64,000 nt of DNA from Chara braunii (taxonomy: Eukaryota; Plantae; Charophyceae). The stretch lies in NCBI GenBank assembly GCA_003427395.1, contig BFEA01000005.1, positions 3,247,520 through 3,311,519 of the forward strand. The letters run 5' to 3'. The position numbers and the translations under genes are program-made. The notes under the pieces were generated by a model. It was not told where the DNA came from. It saw nothing but the letters and a program-made list of their open reading frames with translations, and did not search any database. Each line of letters begins with the position of its first letter. Position 1 is the first letter of the stretch. This document shows, piece by piece, positions 61,780-64,000 of the stretch.

Positions 61780-63830
61780 ACATACAGATGACAAGTGGAA
61801 GCATCCAACAGTGAGGCGAAACATTATCAAGTGAGAGACGTACGGAACACAAGTGTAGAACTAGACAAAACACTTATACATGACCAGTGGAGTAACCAAG
61901 GGTGAAGCGGAACATCATAAAGCGAAGGATTGACAAAATGCATAAGTGAGACTAGACGATACACTTTCACATGACTAGTAAAGCATCCAAGAGTGAAGCA
62001 GATCATCAGGAAGTGAAGGACTGACAAAATGCACGAGTGATACAAGACAAAACACTTGCACATGACTACTAAAGCAACCTAGAGTGAAGCGGAACATCAC
62101 CAAGTCAAGGATTGACAAAATGCATGAGTGGGACTAGACAAACCATTTCACAAGGCTAGTATGAGCAAGAATCGAAGTAGCGATTTACATAGTAGTGGAA
62201 GAATGAACAAAACAAGGGAGATGAAGCACACTACGCTAGAAAAGGTAAGAATCAAAGTTGCGATTTACTTCCAAGTGAAAGATTGATAAAAAACTAAGAG
62301 AAAAGAGAGACAAACACATGCACAAGGCTAAGTATGAGCAAAAAATAAAGGGACGATTTGCATTGTAGTGAAAAAATTGGCAAAACAAGAGAGGTGAAGC
62401 ACACCATGCTAGAAAAAGCCAAGAATCACAGTAGCAATATGCTTCATAGTGAAAAATTGATCAAAACTTGAAGAAGAGAGACAAAACGCATGCACAAGGT
62501 TAGTATCAGGGTTGTCGAGCCTGGCCCCGAGGCCCCGGCGGGGTTCCGGGGGTCCAAGGGTGGGCACCCCCAACCTCGGCTCCGGACGGCCCCCCCCCAA
62601 AAAAAAATATATATATATATAGTGGGGGGTGCGCAGCGAGACCGTGCACTCCGTGGGCTAAACCCCTAAAATGGGTTTTTGTGCCCCACCCCGGACCCCC
62701 CCGGGGCCACACCCATCACTGGGGGGACCGGGGTAGCTACGGGTGCGGGGCCNNNNNNNNNNNNNNNNNNNNNNNNNNNNNNNNNNNNNNNNNNNNNNNN
62801 NNNNNNNNNNNNNNNNNNNNNNNNNNNNNNNNNNNNNNNNNNNNNNNNNNNNNNNNNNNNNNNNNNNNNNNNNNNNNNNNNNNNNNNNNNNNNNNNNNNN
62901 NNNNNNNNNNNNNNNNNNNNNNNNNNNNNNNNNNNNNNNNNNNNNNNNNNNNNNNNNNNNNNNNNNNNNNNNNNNNNNNNNNNNNNNNNNNNNNNNNNNN
63001 NNNNNNNNNNNNNNNNNNNNNNNNNNNNNNNNNNNNNNNNNNNNNNNNNNNNNNNNNNNNNNNNNNNNNNNNNNNNNNNNNNNNNNNNNNNNNNNNNNNN
63101 NNNNNNNNNNNNNNNNNNNNNNNNNNNNNNNNNNNNNNNNNNNNNNNNNNNNNNNNNNNNNNNNNNNNNNNNNNNNNNNNNNNNNNNNNNNNNNNNNNNN
63201 NNNNNNNNNNNNNNNNNNNNNNNNNNNNNNNNNNNNNNNNNNNNNNNNNNNNNNNNNNNNNNNNNNNNNNNNNNNNNNNNNNNNNNNNNNNNNNNNNNNN
63301 NNNNNNNNNNNNNNNNNNNNNNNNNNNNNNNNNNNNNNNNNNNNNNNNNNNNNNNNNNNNNNNNNNNNNNNNNNNNNNNNNNNNNNNNNNNNNNNNGTTT
63401 TGGCGGGGGCAAGGGTTGGGTAGCCCCGCGGTGGGGGTCCGGGGGTGAAATCCCTACCCCGGCTTGGGCCCCGGGGATCTCCGCGTGACAACGCCAGTTA
63501 GTATGACCAAAGATCAAAGTAGTGAAAAATTGATCAAAACTTTGAGAGAAGATCGACAAAATACATACACAAGGTTTTTTTTTTTTTTTTTTTTAACATG
63601 CACAAGGTTAGTATGAGCAAGAATCAAAGTAGCGTTGACATAATAGTGGAGGAATGGACAAAACAAGAAAGATGAAGCAAACTACATTAAAAAAAAGGCA
63701 ACAATCAAAGTTGTGATTTACTTCCAAGTGAAAGATTGATCAAACTTGGAGAGAAGATTGACAAAACACATACACAAGGCTAGTATGAGTGAGAACCAAA
63801 GTAGCGATTCACTTTCTAGTGAGGAGATAA
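61780..63830. repeat. Degenerate A-rich satellite
   Basis: Recurring CACAAGG(C/T)TAGTATGAGCAAGAATCAAAGTAGCGATTT..AGTGAAA.ATTGA units. Confidence 0.7.
62507..63496. mobile_element. Non-autonomous hAT-like MITE (gap inside)
   Basis: 8-bp TSD GTTAGTAT (62499-62506, 63497-63504); ends CAGGGTTGTC / GACAACGCCA; GC-rich subterminal repeats. Confidence 0.85.
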
Positions 63831-64000
63831 ACAAAATGGAGGTAACCTCTAGTGGAGGAGCTACTTCCTACTCTTCCTACACTTAGGATGTTAATCATGG
63901 AGAAAAGAGAGAGTGGGGGGAGGAGAAGAGAAGAAGGGGGGAGAGTGGAGAGGAGAATGAGAAGAAGGAGAAAAGGAAGGAACAAAAGGATAGAGGAAGA

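Overview
A repeat-dominated eukaryotic scaffold window with 7 N gaps and no intact housekeeping gene. The mix of GIY-YIG-before-RT Penelope-like elements, Ty3/Gypsy relics, spliceosomal introns and an axonemal dynein fragment suggests a green-lineage genome with flagellated cells, such as a charophyte alga (inference only). In order, it contains: (1) a ~80-bp satellite interrupted by a full Penelope-like element (PLE-1, 347-5379); (2) a truncated PLE (8192-10337); (3) an 8.4-kb decayed hAT transposon with an 8-bp TSD (11381-19738) that includes a Nextera mate-pair adapter artefact; (4) exon remnants of a PrimPol-type zinc finger and of a dynein heavy chain; (5) a second full PLE with a 12-bp TSD and a separate zinc-knuckle/coiled-coil/SAP-like ORF1 (21237-26873); (6) the same satellite inverted, then a 2.5-kb tandem duplication; (7) Gypsy gag/protease relics; (8) a very long decayed ORF with a ParB/Srx-like domain and a degenerate beta-class amino-methyltransferase-like domain, split by a nested MITE/CACTA insertion and followed by a Ulp1 protease; (9) LTR-like and satellite DNA. 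The leading candidates for novelty are the ParB-MTase-like plus Ulp1 cassette, an in-frame TGA at the same aligned RT position in all three PLE copies, and the two-ORF PLE architecture.
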